64,000 nucleotides of DNA from Promethearchaeati archaeon (GCA_013166775.1 JABLTJ010000003.1:149950-213949); one strand, 5' to 3'; shown: positions 20,092 to 30,350, counted from the stretch's first letter. Numbers and translations: made by a program. The notes: generated from the sequence alone by a model not told the origin.

Positions 20092-21090
20092 ATGACTGAT
20101 ATATTGAGTTTTAAACAAAAGTTAATTGATAAGGATAATCCTCCAGAAAAAACTGAAGCTGCAATTTCCCTTCTTACAGATTTTCATAATTATCTGCAAG
20201 AGCGAGATAAAACTTTCCTAAAAATTACAGATGAAGATTTCTATGCATTTTCAAATCATTTAATCAAGAATGAAACAAATACGCGTTTCAACTATGAAAT
20301 AATAATAACATTTGGTCATTTTTTAAATAATAAAAATCTAGTAAGATTAGGAAGAGAAGTATTCGATGGAATAGAAGTTATAGAAAATTTATCAAAGAGA
20401 TTAACAGAAGAATATAGTAAAGATTTCAGAGATAAAATTTTTGGAAGAATGGATTTACCCCCTTTAGGACTAGATCCTAAGGCTAAACCAGATTATACAA
20501 AGAAATTGATTAGTAAGCTTGTAGAGGAGATCGGAGAAGTAGAGAGTGAAAAATTCCTAGCCAAAGGATTAAGAGATTCTTACTATGAGTGGAGGAAACC
20601 GGATCGTGAGAAATTCCTTAAAGCAAAAAATATTGATGAATTTCTTAAAGAAAAAAGAGAAAGGCAAATTGAAAACCTTGAGAAGCATAGAGACGAAGAA
20701 ACGCTTTATTTCACTCAAGAAATTAATGATGATGTTGTTGAATATGTCAAAAACGATCTACGAATAGAAACAGGTGTAAGAGAAGGGAATATTCTTACCA
20801 CAACTAAAATTCCTCATGAAACATTAAAATTCTTGAATGAAACAGATGAGAAGATGAAAGCATACTACTATTGTCATTGTCCTTGGGTCAAAGAAGCAAT
20901 AAAAGATGGAACTGTTGACCAAATCCCAGATGTTTTCTGCAACTGCAGTGGTGGATATTATAGAAGCTATTGGGAAATAGTTCTTGATCAACCTGTAGAA
21001 GTAAAAACTCTGAAAACTGTTATTAGAGGAGATCCTGTTTGCGAATTTGCTATTGAGCTTCCAGAAAACGTAGTAGAAAATTTGAACTAG
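20092..21090 (+). CDS. DUF6144-like protein with a C-terminal V4R-like Cys cluster
   Basis: YCHCPW...FCNCSGG...GDPVCEF. Confidence 0.65.
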   Translation: MTDILSFKQKLIDKDNPPEKTEAAISLLTDFHNYLQERDKTFLKITDEDFYAFSNHLIKNETNTRFNYEIIITFGHFLNNKNLVRLGREVFDGIEVIENLSKRLTEEYSKDFRDKIFGRMDLPPLGLDPKAKPDYTKKLISKLVEEIGEVESEKFLAKGLRDSYYEWRKPDREKFLKAKNIDEFLKEKRERQIENLEKHRDEETLYFTQEINDDVVEYVKNDLRIETGVREGNILTTTKIPHETLKFLNETDEKMKAYYYCHCPWVKEAIKDGTVDQIPDVFCNCSGGYYRSYWEIVLDQPVEVKTLKTVIRGDPVCEFAIELPENVVENLN

Positions 21091-21165
21091 CTAGATAGTA
21101 TTTGTCAGATTTTTACTCCCTTTTTCATTTTACATTCTGAAAAAATATCTTTAACAATATCAATT

Positions 21166-21666
21166 TTAAGAAACTTTTTTCATTATTTCTCTCGCAAACT
21201 CTTTAGCACGTTCTATCCTTTTTTCATCAGGTTGACCCTTTGATTTTGGACTTTCTTGTGCAAAATAACGTAGCGTTGGATTTTCTGATTTGTTCAATGA
21301 ATCTATTACCATTTGAGCTACTTCTCCTTGATAATTAGATAATCCCAAGAATTCTGCTGAATTATCTAAAGAATCACGACATTGTTCTAACCATGGAGTG
21401 AGATAATCACTAAACTCTGGAGATCCATGTGTGACAAATAAAGCGATTCTTTTGTTTGAAGAATTCTTTTCTAGAAATTCTTTTACATTATTAGAAGGTC
21501 CAAAATTTTCTATTGGAAATCCAAAGAAAATTATATCATAACCATTAAGATTTTCTAATTCATCCAGCTTCTTGATTTCTTTATCAGTCTTTATCTCTTC
21601 AAAAATCGCTTTAGCTATTTTTCCAGTGTTATTGGTTCGTGTCAAATATGCTACTAAAACTTTCAT
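21166..21666 (-). CDS. Flavodoxin family protein
   Basis: YLTRTNNTGKIAKAI FMN loop; YDIIFFGFP and ALFVTHG motifs. Confidence 0.88.
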   Translation of the reverse strand: MKVLVAYLTRTNNTGKIAKAIFEEIKTDKEIKKLDELENLNGYDIIFFGFPIENFGPSNNVKEFLEKNSSNKRIALFVTHGSPEFSDYLTPWLEQCRDSLDNSAEFLGLSNYQGEVAQMVIDSLNKSENPTLRYFAQESPKSKGQPDEKRIERAKEFAREIMKKVS

Positions 21667-21754
21667 TTATTCATGAATATTTTATTTATATAATAAATTT
21701 TTTCTTGTTAAGTAAATAGAAAAAACTTAGGAAAAAATCAAGTTTGGGAAGTAA

Positions 21755-22672
21755 TTAGCTTGTTTGAATTGCTTGTTTAAATTCCTTCAAAGTATGATTA
21801 TAATCTGCAATTCCTTTTTCAGTTTGATAAGATTTTATATTCAGTTTCAGTTCATCTACTGTTTTTACACCAAAAACTACTGTTTCAGCTCCTGAGTCTA
21901 ATCCATAATTAAAGCATTGAGCAGGTGTTGTAGGTTTATTCAGTGTTAATGTGAATCTATTCCCTCCGCAGAAATAAGCAGGATAATCAGTTTTCTTAGT
22001 TGTGAATGCCTTTCCTTTCAGAAGATTCTTTATTGCAATCACAGCTATACTTCTTTCTTTGCAGCATTGTATAAGCTTCTTTGTTGAATCCAGAATACCT
22101 GTAGCAAAATTTAAGGGTAACATTATGACATCGAGTTCATTCTCTTCTATGATCTTAATAAGTAAATCAGGTTTATGAGCGCTTAAACCAACTGCTTTAG
22201 CTTTTCCTTCCTTCTTGAGCTGAAAGGCATAATCGAGCAGACCATTTTTAACAACTTTCTCATAATCTTCTGAGTGAGTTACAAATTGAATCAATGCAAT
22301 ATCTGCATAATCAACATCTAGATTATCAAGCATTCCTTCATATGTTTGCTTTATTTTGTTTAATGAGCGTGTCTTTGAATGACCATTAGCTTTTTCGTTG
22401 TAAAAACTACCCAAATGTGTAGTGAAGGTGATTTTTTCTCTTTTATCTTTAATAAATTCTCTGAAAACATCAAAGAAATAAGGTAAATTGAAAACTAGAT
22501 CAAAGTGAGTTATACCAGACTTGTAAGCTTCATCTAAAATTAATTTGCTGTTTTCATCTCGTGTCAAATTAGTAGCTTTCCGCACTCCTCTAGCAAAGTG
22601 CTCAATGCCTAAACCCAATGTACTGAGATTTATTCCATTTGATTGATTTTTCTTATTTGAATCCTTACTCAT
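21755..22672 (-). CDS. Aldo/keto reductase family protein (divergent)
   Basis: LGLG, GITHFD, LDVDYAD, GKAKAVGLSAH and GVKTVDEL motifs. Confidence 0.8.
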   Translation of the reverse strand: MSKDSNKKNQSNGINLSTLGLGIEHFARGVRKATNLTRDENSKLILDEAYKSGITHFDLVFNLPYFFDVFREFIKDKREKITFTTHLGSFYNEKANGHSKTRSLNKIKQTYEGMLDNLDVDYADIALIQFVTHSEDYEKVVKNGLLDYAFQLKKEGKAKAVGLSAHKPDLLIKIIEENELDVIMLPLNFATGILDSTKKLIQCCKERSIAVIAIKNLLKGKAFTTKKTDYPAYFCGGNRFTLTLNKPTTPAQCFNYGLDSGAETVVFGVKTVDELKLNIKSYQTEKGIADYNHTLKEFKQAIQTS

Positions 22673-22717
22673 TATGAAAGTTTCTTAATAATTCAATATA
22701 AAAAGATGAACACAGCA

Positions 22718-22767
22718 TAAGGACTGAAATAACAGTTAAATAACCGTTTTAAGGACTGGATACACAG
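22718..22767. promoter_or_regulatory. Imperfect direct repeat TAAGGACTG(A/G)...ACAG with 32-bp period in a divergent intergenic region
   Basis: TAAGGACTGAAATAACAG (22718) and TAAGGACTGGATACACAG (22750). Confidence 0.4.
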
Positions 22768-22884
22768 AATCTTAATACTTCTATTTAATCTCTCCATCCT
22801 TTCTTAACAAAGGGAATCTACTCCTTCCTACTTTTTTTGGTTTTAAAGGACAACTTTTTTATCTTATAAATTCGAATTTTTCTT

Positions 22885-23277
22885 GTGATCAAAATGATTG
22901 AGGAAGAAAGTAGTTCTACTGATTTAGCACAAACAATTTTTAATGAAGTTATGGATGAAATTGAAGAAGAAATAATGGATGGTTTAGGAGAATTAATCAC
23001 TGAAGAAAAACTCAAAACCATAATAACAGAGATTCAAGAAGCTGTTAAAGAAAAAATATCTGAAATAATTCCTGAAGATGTTTCAGAAGATATTTCAGAA
23101 GTTCAGAAGTTCATTATTGGGGAAAAAATCGCTCGAGTTGTTACAAAGGATGCAAAAACAAAACTAGCCGATTTAGTCTCAGTAATTGTAGAGAAGACCT
23201 ACGAAGTATTGTATGAACTTCGAAATGAGATTATTGAGGAAGTCTTTGAAGAAACAGAGATAGAGGAAGAAGAGTAA
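22885..23277 (+). CDS. Highly acidic helical hypothetical protein
   Basis: About 39 of 130 residues are D/E; amphipathic helix pattern. Confidence 0.7.
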   Translation: MIKMIEEESSSTDLAQTIFNEVMDEIEEEIMDGLGELITEEKLKTIITEIQEAVKEKISEIIPEDVSEDISEVQKFIIGEKIARVVTKDAKTKLADLVSVIVEKTYEVLYELRNEIIEEVFEETEIEEEE

Positions 23278-23282
23278 TTTTT

Positions 23283-24110
23283 CTATTCCTTCCATTCTTT
23301 TGGAGCAACAACAGGTGGATGCACAAATCGGCGAATTATTGAAATTTCATCAATTTTATGTAAATCCTCTATAGGTAATTGAATATCTATTGCTCCAAAG
23401 TTATCTTTCAAATGGTTTAAACTTGTTGCTTTTGGAATTGGAAATGCACCCTTACTAATCACCCAAGCTAAACATACTTGAGCTGCACTTACCTCATTTC
23501 TTTTTGCTATTTCTTGTATTGCTGTATCTTTTAGCGCATGTCCTCTAGCTAATGGAGAATATGAAACTACTTGAATTCCTTTTTTACTATGATGTTCAAG
23601 TAATCGTTTTTGTTGAAGGTAAGGGTGGTGTTCAATTTGATTTACAAAGATTGGTTTGTCACAAACTTCCAGAGCTTCATCAATCATATTAGGAGTGAAA
23701 TTGGAGACACCTATCTGTCTAACTCTACCTTCATCAATCAACTTGCTAATTGCTCCCAAAGTTTTCTTGTGAGAATATCCCAAAAGAAAAGCAGGAAAAT
23801 GTACATATAAGATGTCAATAAAATCTAGTTTTAGTTTTTTGAGAGATACATCAGTTGATTTCAAAACTGATTTTGGTCTAAGCTTGAGAGGATGAAGTTT
23901 AGTAGCTACTGACACTTCATCTCTTTTGACAATCCCATTATCAAAAATCTCTTGCAGTCCTTCTCCCACATACTGTTCATTTCCATATCCTTGTGCGGTA
24001 TCAACATGTCTATACCCAAGTTTTATTCCTTCAATGGTAGAATATTTAGCTGCAGATTTTTTAAGCATCCAAGTTCCTAAACCAATTTTTGGTAGTATCA
24101 ATTCAGACAT
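23283..24110 (-). CDS. Aldo/keto reductase (2,5-DKG reductase-like)
   Basis: IGLGTW, GYRHVDTAQGYGNE, IGVSNF, YSPLARG and PIPKA motifs. Confidence 0.93.
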   Translation of the reverse strand: MSELILPKIGLGTWMLKKSAAKYSTIEGIKLGYRHVDTAQGYGNEQYVGEGLQEIFDNGIVKRDEVSVATKLHPLKLRPKSVLKSTDVSLKKLKLDFIDILYVHFPAFLLGYSHKKTLGAISKLIDEGRVRQIGVSNFTPNMIDEALEVCDKPIFVNQIEHHPYLQQKRLLEHHSKKGIQVVSYSPLARGHALKDTAIQEIAKRNEVSAAQVCLAWVISKGAFPIPKATSLNHLKDNFGAIDIQLPIEDLHKIDEISIIRRFVHPPVVAPKEWKE

Positions 24111-24198
24111 AATCTATTTTTTTTCTCTACATATAAAAAATCTTTGCAAAAAATAGCTTTTTATCATTTCTACCTAATATTTTAATAATAAATAGAAA

Positions 24199-25779
24199 AT
24201 GAAGATTATGGAATACCGAATGGTATTTGATGTTGGTTCCACTGCTGTAAAATGTGCTATAGCTGATGAGAATAATAATTTGGTTTCTATTGAATCTTTC
24301 ATTCCTAAAGCAATTAGTTTTGCTGACGGTTTTGGGAGAATTAGAGACTCAGTTACTTATTGGGAGAATATACTGAAACTTGCAGAGAATTCTATAAAGA
24401 GAGCAAATATTAATCCAAAAAATATACGATATCTTACTTCTACTGCAATTAGACCTAGTGTTGTATTCAGTGATGAAGATTTGAATGCTGTTTACATAGG
24501 TGCTAGTTTTGATATTATAGGTATGGAGTATGGCGATGAAATTGAAGAGAAATTCATGGAACTAAGTGAAGATACTTTATATCAAAGAACAGGGCATTTT
24601 CCAAATTTCTATATGGTGCCAGCAAGATTGGAATGGTTACGAAATAATCCAGAGATGTTGGATGGAAAGAGAATAGCTCATTATTTCCCAGTAGATAGCT
24701 GGATTCTAGCTAAATTAGGAGGAGAAATACACACAAACAAATCTAGTGCAATGGAATCAGGTTTCTTTGATGTAGAAAAGGAAATTTGGATGGAAGAATG
24801 GTTGTCAATCTTCGATTTGGAAGATGATTTTTTTCCTTACCATGTCCTATCTGGAGAAATAATTGGGCATGTATCTGAATTTGTTCAAGAAAGGTTAGGT
24901 CTCGATTCTGAAGCTGAAATTGTTGCAGGTTTACCTGATACTCAAGCTGCTCTGTTAGCTACAAACTCAATAACTCCAGGATGGATAGGTATTGTTCTCG
25001 GAACTACTACACCTGTGCAAGCTGTAGCAGATAAGTATCACGTAGATCCTGAAATACATACATGGTCATCTGGAATTTTTATCAAGAATTTGTGCAAAAA
25101 CTACATTGTAGAAGCAAGTTCAGGAATAACAGGGCAACTTATCAATTGGGCAGCACGTATGTTTGATTCTGAACAAAAGCAGGAATTCTCTGATCCTACA
25201 ATAGAACAATATGAAACACTTAGAGTACGATACAAGAAATTTGATGAAATTGAAGAAGCATCTTCAGAAGAAAATATTACCTCTCAAGCTGTATACGCAA
25301 GTTTAGGTCCCATGCCTTTAGCTACCACTCACACTGATAGAATGGCTGGTGAGTTTTATTTTCCAAGTCCAAGTGGAGTAGAAGAATCTTATCTTCATCA
25401 AAATCAGTTTATTGGTGCTGTTTTTGATAACATTACATTTGCAATTTCAAAAAATGTTGAATATGCAAAGAAGATTGCTAAATTAGATGAAGTTTCTTTA
25501 TCAATTTCAGGAGGAATATCAAGATTCTCATTGTTATGTCAGAGAACATCAGACCTATTAAACAAACCTTTGCATTATTTGAAAAGACCTGAATCTTCTA
25601 TCTACGGACTTCTGAAGCTATGTGATATAGCTAGTGGAAAAATCAGAAATATGGCTGATTTGAAAAAACAATCAGCAGAGAAGAATGAATTCCAAACAAT
25701 GGAACCTCGAATATCAATGACTAAAAAACTACAATTAAAATATGAAAGATGGTTGCAGATTGTGGACTTTAATCTATAA
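24199..25779 (+). CDS. FGGY family carbohydrate kinase
   Basis: DVGSTAVK, GLPDTQAA, LGTT and SGGISR motifs. Confidence 0.88.
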   Translation: MKIMEYRMVFDVGSTAVKCAIADENNNLVSIESFIPKAISFADGFGRIRDSVTYWENILKLAENSIKRANINPKNIRYLTSTAIRPSVVFSDEDLNAVYIGASFDIIGMEYGDEIEEKFMELSEDTLYQRTGHFPNFYMVPARLEWLRNNPEMLDGKRIAHYFPVDSWILAKLGGEIHTNKSSAMESGFFDVEKEIWMEEWLSIFDLEDDFFPYHVLSGEIIGHVSEFVQERLGLDSEAEIVAGLPDTQAALLATNSITPGWIGIVLGTTTPVQAVADKYHVDPEIHTWSSGIFIKNLCKNYIVEASSGITGQLINWAARMFDSEQKQEFSDPTIEQYETLRVRYKKFDEIEEASSEENITSQAVYASLGPMPLATTHTDRMAGEFYFPSPSGVEESYLHQNQFIGAVFDNITFAISKNVEYAKKIAKLDEVSLSISGGISRFSLLCQRTSDLLNKPLHYLKRPESSIYGLLKLCDIASGKIRNMADLKKQSAEKNEFQTMEPRISMTKKLQLKYERWLQIVDFNL

Positions 25780-27510
25780 TCAACCAAAATTCAAATCCTT
25801 CATAATGTCAAACATCTCTTTTTCTGCTTCCTCTGCTTCTTCAGGAATCGCATATACAGTTCCTAACAAAGCAGCTCTATATTGGATTTTAGCTGCCATT
25901 TCAACTTGCTGACATACAATCCACGCTTGTTCCAATGAAGCTCCACAACCTACATTACCGTGATTTGCTATGAAAACAGCTAAGTTTTCTCCAAGAGCGT
26001 CCACTGCATTGTTTGCTAAATCATCTGTTCCTGCCATTCCGAATTCAGCAACTTCACAACCACCAATAAAAGGAATAACTTCATCAACTATAGGGCCTAT
26101 AGGCATTCGTGCAATTGATAAAGCAGTTGAGTACGGAGCATGAGAATGAACTATTGCTTTGATATCTTCTCTTTCTCGATATATTGCTTGATGAAGTCTC
26201 CTCTCAGAAGTTGGATTTCTTGAACCAACTATTGTGTTTCCCTCTTCATCAATAAGAACAAGATCTTCTACCTGCATATCTTCATATTTAACTGTACTAG
26301 GAGTGACTAAGTATGCATCTTGACCATTAGGTAATTTGACTCGAGCGGAAGCATTACCTGCTGTTCCAATTATGAAACCTTTGTCTATCATTTCATTACA
26401 AATGTTAATTATTTGTTGTCCTTGTCTTGCATAATTTTGAAGAGAAATTTCGATATCTTCAAATTCATCTTTTTTAACTTGAGTTTCAACTGAAGCATTT
26501 CCCTTCAGCACTTCAGGATTTTTTACATTATCGGGAATTTGATTGTTGAGGATTTGTTTTATTCCGTTGACCATCAGCATTGAATGTTTGTGGTTAGTAT
26601 CGAATGTATCTCCTCCAATGTGAGGTGTAACAATGACATTATCGAGTTCCAGAAACTCGTTATCTTGATCAACTGGTTCTATTGAAAAAACATCCAAAGC
26701 TGCTCCAGCAATCTTCTTCTCTTTTAGTGCATCTAGAAGAGAATATTCATCCACGATTGATGCTCTAGCTGTGTTGATGAAAAGAGCATGTGGTTGAATA
26801 AGTTTAATTTGTTTTTCTCCTATCATGTCATCTGTTTCATCTGTAGGAGGACAATGCAGTGTAATTATGTCTGATCTAGATAATAAATCCTCTAGATCAA
26901 CTGATTCTCCATTAATTGCATCTAATCTGCTCTGATTTACATAAGGGTCATTGACTAAGAATTTGACTCTGAATGGCAGTAAAAGCTTTGCTACAGAAAA
27001 TCCAATTCTTCCTAATCCTATTATACCCACTGTTTTTCCTTGTAATTCAAAACCCTTGAACAAATTATAATATTTGATATAATCTTCAAACTCGTTAACT
27101 TCAAACTCATTTTCGGAATGAAGAATACGTTCAACTGAATGTAATTTTCGTGCAAGAGCTAATATTAACCCAATAGTCAACTCTGCAACTGATATGGTAT
27201 TTCTATCTGGAGCATAAAGCACCGGTATCCCTTTCTCTGTTGCAGTTTCTAAATCAATATTATTTGGATCTCCTCGAGTTGAACCAATGATTTTAAGGTC
27301 AACATTTTCGATAACAGTTTTTTTGACATTATCGCCCTCACAAATGAAGATTTCAGCATCTACCTCTTTTATTTTTCGAATAAGATCTTCATCCTTGAAA
27401 TATAGATTCTTTGTTGTTCTCCAACTTTCGTAAACTATTTCATCATTCAAAATAGCTTTTAGTTCTTCGAGAGCTTCTGAAGAGAATTCTGCTGTAATAA
27501 ACGCTTTCAT
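25780..27510 (-). CDS. Fusion of a D-2-hydroxyacid dehydrogenase (SerA2-like) and a class II aldolase (FucA-like)
   Basis: TRGDPNNID, GIIGLGRIG, INTAR, LDVF and TPHIGG; then GTAGNAS, PTSE..LH, VHSH and NHG. Confidence 0.9.
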   Translation of the reverse strand: MKAFITAEFSSEALEELKAILNDEIVYESWRTTKNLYFKDEDLIRKIKEVDAEIFICEGDNVKKTVIENVDLKIIGSTRGDPNNIDLETATEKGIPVLYAPDRNTISVAELTIGLILALARKLHSVERILHSENEFEVNEFEDYIKYYNLFKGFELQGKTVGIIGLGRIGFSVAKLLLPFRVKFLVNDPYVNQSRLDAINGESVDLEDLLSRSDIITLHCPPTDETDDMIGEKQIKLIQPHALFINTARASIVDEYSLLDALKEKKIAGAALDVFSIEPVDQDNEFLELDNVIVTPHIGGDTFDTNHKHSMLMVNGIKQILNNQIPDNVKNPEVLKGNASVETQVKKDEFEDIEISLQNYARQGQQIINICNEMIDKGFIIGTAGNASARVKLPNGQDAYLVTPSTVKYEDMQVEDLVLIDEEGNTIVGSRNPTSERRLHQAIYREREDIKAIVHSHAPYSTALSIARMPIGPIVDEVIPFIGGCEVAEFGMAGTDDLANNAVDALGENLAVFIANHGNVGCGASLEQAWIVCQQVEMAAKIQYRAALLGTVYAIPEEAEEAEKEMFDIMKDLNFG

Positions 27511-27523
27511 TTTCTACACCTCA

Positions 27524-28399
27524 TTAAAACATTAATTTTCTCAATTTCAACATGTTTTTCATTTCACCTTTAACTTCTAAACTACCACTTGAATATGCTT
27601 TGATAGGATTGATTTGTTTGGTCATCATCTTTACAAAAACTGTTGAATCCATATTTACCTGAACTGCTGCATTCTCATCAACACCTTCAGATAACTCCAG
27701 ACCTTCTTCTCCATTAATCTTAAACAAAAATGATTTTGAAATATCTGGAAATGTAATCATTAGTGTATTATGCCACTTTCTGAAAGCCTTTTTGACCTTT
27801 TCAGAGTTATACCGATCTACAATATTCTGAATCCCATCTGTATAACTGAAGTCAGAAGGAATTTGAGAAGGAGTAGATTTAGTAACAGTTTTAGCAACTT
27901 CAGGTACTGATTTTACTGGTTCTTCTTTCTTGAGTGAAGGTTTTTCAGTGACACGTCTATCCGAAACTGTCTCTTCAGTAGAGCGTATTTTTTCTGTTTT
28001 TGATTGTGTATGGGGACGAATAATTTGTAATTTGCTTTGAGATTCATAAGATGATTGATTTTTAGAGAAAGAACTTTCCAGTAGTTTGGGAAATATCTTA
28101 TTTACTCTTCTAGAAAAAGATAGACTTCCAATGAATCCAAACAACAAAAGAGTCAATCCTAAAACTGCAAATACAATCATGAAAACTAGGAATAAATTGA
28201 TTTCTAATGCATTCGTATTTTCAAAAAGACTGTATCTAGATAACAGATATGTTGCTAGCCCTAATAATCCAAAACCAGTAATCATAGATACTGTAAAAAT
28301 CTCTGTTAAGCCTTTAATTTTCACTTCTTTTCTCTGTTCTACCATACAACTGTCTTTATTTTGAAGTTTATAAGAATTATCGCGAAATTTTAAAATCAA
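27524..28399 (-). CDS. Membrane-anchored SCP2 sterol/lipid-binding domain protein (likely start MVEQ, about 28345)
   Basis: Two TM helices, a P/S/T/K-rich linker, and C-terminal INPIKAYSSGSLEVKGEMKNMLKL. Confidence 0.85.
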   Translation of the reverse strand: MILKFRDNSYKLQNKDSCMVEQRKEVKIKGLTEIFTVSMITGFGLLGLATYLLSRYSLFENTNALEINLFLVFMIVFAVLGLTLLLFGFIGSLSFSRRVNKIFPKLLESSFSKNQSSYESQSKLQIIRPHTQSKTEKIRSTEETVSDRRVTEKPSLKKEEPVKSVPEVAKTVTKSTPSQIPSDFSYTDGIQNIVDRYNSEKVKKAFRKWHNTLMITFPDISKSFLFKINGEEGLELSEGVDENAAVQVNMDSTVFVKMMTKQINPIKAYSSGSLEVKGEMKNMLKLRKLMF

Positions 28400-28540
28400 A
28401 GTGCTTAAAAGGGTAGAATTTTCACCCTAAGAAGCTGTACCATATTTTATAAGTGTGAATACATCAAAAAAGAAGAAGAATCTTTGGAAAGATTTGTTAA
28501 GTATTAATAGTGCAGCAATTAATGTAGAAGAGGAATAAAA

Positions 28541-28777
28541 ATGAAAAAAATTTTCAGATTCAAAGCTATATTTTTAATCATTGTATTTACAGGATTAATT
28601 ATCTCTTCTCTATTATTCTTGTTAGTAAGCAGTTTATTCTGAGCAGAAATCAAAACTCTAAAAAAAAGATTCTTACCTACATTGAGCTTAGATTCAGAAT
28701 CTGATAGAGTAATACTGGATGGTGGAATAAAAGACAGTTATATAGAAGATTCCTATCCTTTATTAGAAGATCCATAG
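28541..28777 (+). pseudogene. Remnant of a secreted protein: signal peptide plus NosD-like C-terminus
   Basis: GAGGA RBS, then MKKIFRFKAIFLIIVFTGLIISSLLFLL..*, then DGGIKDSYIEDSYPLLEDP* (compare IDGGASSTDPYPLSEIP in 57088-59271). Confidence 0.5.
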
Positions 28778-28841
28778 GAATACATGATTTCTCTAATTTA
28801 CTACTATATCTTGTTCTAGCTAATTGATCTATTTCTCACCG

Positions 28842-30350
28842 TTAGAATTTCTTTTTTTCTTGCTTACAGATAATTTGAGCAACAGTTCTCCCGCTCATAA
28901 AAGCGTTTGGTACTCCTCCACCAGGTACGGTCCAATGTCCTATCATAAAGAAATTTGCTAGATTTGGTAGTTCTTTTTTTATTGGTTTATTTTCAAAAAG
29001 ATTCTCATTTGCCCAACCTTGAGTAGAACCTTGCCAATTATTTGTATATCTATGGAAAGTAGCAGGAGTAGCAACATCAATCATATCAACATTTTCCTTA
29101 AGATTCTCGAAATGGTCATTCAACATATCAATAATTTGGGATGCGATTTCAGTTTTGATTTTCTTGTATTCTACTCTATTCTTAGCTCTTAACTCTCTCC
29201 AATATTCAAAATTTCTTGTTGAAAGTTCTACAATGAACAATGTTTTACCTACTGGTACTAAAGGAGTTTCAAAGTTGAATATTCTCAATTTAAGAAGATC
29301 AAACACATTTCCATCAGGAGTCTTAAATGGTTTTTCAAGATTTATGAAAAAAGTTTGTGATTCATCTTTATACTCTTTATTTACTCCAACTGAGATCAAG
29401 ATCATTGAAGGATTTAGATCAGCTTTGTTGTAAACCTTGCTTAGTTTTTCATACAGATATTGTCCATCTAACAATTCGAAGAGAGTTGAATACCCATCCA
29501 TTGCACTAATAACAATATCTGTGGAAATATATTCTCTATTTTCTAATGTGATTCCGGTTACTTTGTCTTTCTTATTTTTTTCATCATAAGTTGTGTTAAT
29601 CTTAGTAACTTTCGATTTATAGTGAATTTTTCCACCTAATTCTAGATATCTTCTTTCGAATTGTTTACTAAAGTTTAAGGAACCCCCTACTGGGAATCCT
29701 GAACGCTTCAAATCCATTTCTGTAAAAACAAGTATCTCAAAGAGAACAGGTGACAAGAAACTTCTCACAGCTTCCTTTATAAAAGGGTGCTTAAACATTT
29801 TCGAAAATTCTTCAGCAGTGATTTTTTGCCATTTCTGCATAATTTTCAAAGCTGGAAGTAATTTAACCATTTTTAAGTAATCAAATATATTATAAAATTC
29901 CATAGGTTTTCCAGCTATTATACTAAAAGCATCCATCTTCTGGAGTTTTCGTATATCTTTGATATAATCTTCAATAATAGGGGAGTCTTCAGGAGAGATT
30001 TCTTTCATATACTTCTCTAATTTCTCCAAATTGTAGTATTTGATGAATCTTTTCTTGTCTCTAGTAATAATGACAACTTCTTCTCCATCAAAAATTTCTA
30101 GATTCTTCATGTCTATTATTTCATCCCATAAATCGTACATAGGATGATCTGGGGAAGAACCTACTAAACCATGAATACTACCATCTATTGTGTAATCTTT
30201 CCTTTTCCAAGAAGTTACACATCCTCCAGGGAGATTGTGCAGTTCGTAAATTTCTGTTTCAAATCCATGCTTCTGTAGATAGCAACCTGCTGTTAAACCT
30301 GCAATTCCAGCTCCAATAATAATGATTTTTCTTTGTGTCACATAAATCAC
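28842..30350 (-). CDS. Phytoene desaturase-family FAD-dependent oxidoreductase
   Basis: IIGAGIAGL, PGG...W..KDY.IDG, ATPATF.RYT and GHWTVPGGGVP motifs. Confidence 0.9.
   Translation of the reverse strand: MIYVTQRKIIIIGAGIAGLTAGCYLQKHGFETEIYELHNLPGGCVTSWKRKDYTIDGSIHGLVGSSPDHPMYDLWDEIIDMKNLEIFDGEEVVIITRDKKRFIKYYNLEKLEKYMKEISPEDSPIIEDYIKDIRKLQKMDAFSIIAGKPMEFYNIFDYLKMVKLLPALKIMQKWQKITAEEFSKMFKHPFIKEAVRSFLSPVLFEILVFTEMDLKRSGFPVGGSLNFSKQFERRYLELGGKIHYKSKVTKINTTYDEKNKKDKVTGITLENREYISTDIVISAMDGYSTLFELLDGQYLYEKLSKVYNKADLNPSMILISVGVNKEYKDESQTFFINLEKPFKTPDGNVFDLLKLRIFNFETPLVPVGKTLFIVELSTRNFEYWRELRAKNRVEYKKIKTEIASQIIDMLNDHFENLKENVDMIDVATPATFHRYTNNWQGSTQGWANENLFENKPIKKELPNLANFFMIGHWTVPGGGVPNAFMSGRTVAQIICKQEKKKF

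Noticed and set aside
28842-30350. Carotenoid biosynthesis (crtI)
   Set aside because: No crtB, crtE or crtY nearby; the TetR-linked context fits the broad uncharacterised oxidoreductase subfamily.
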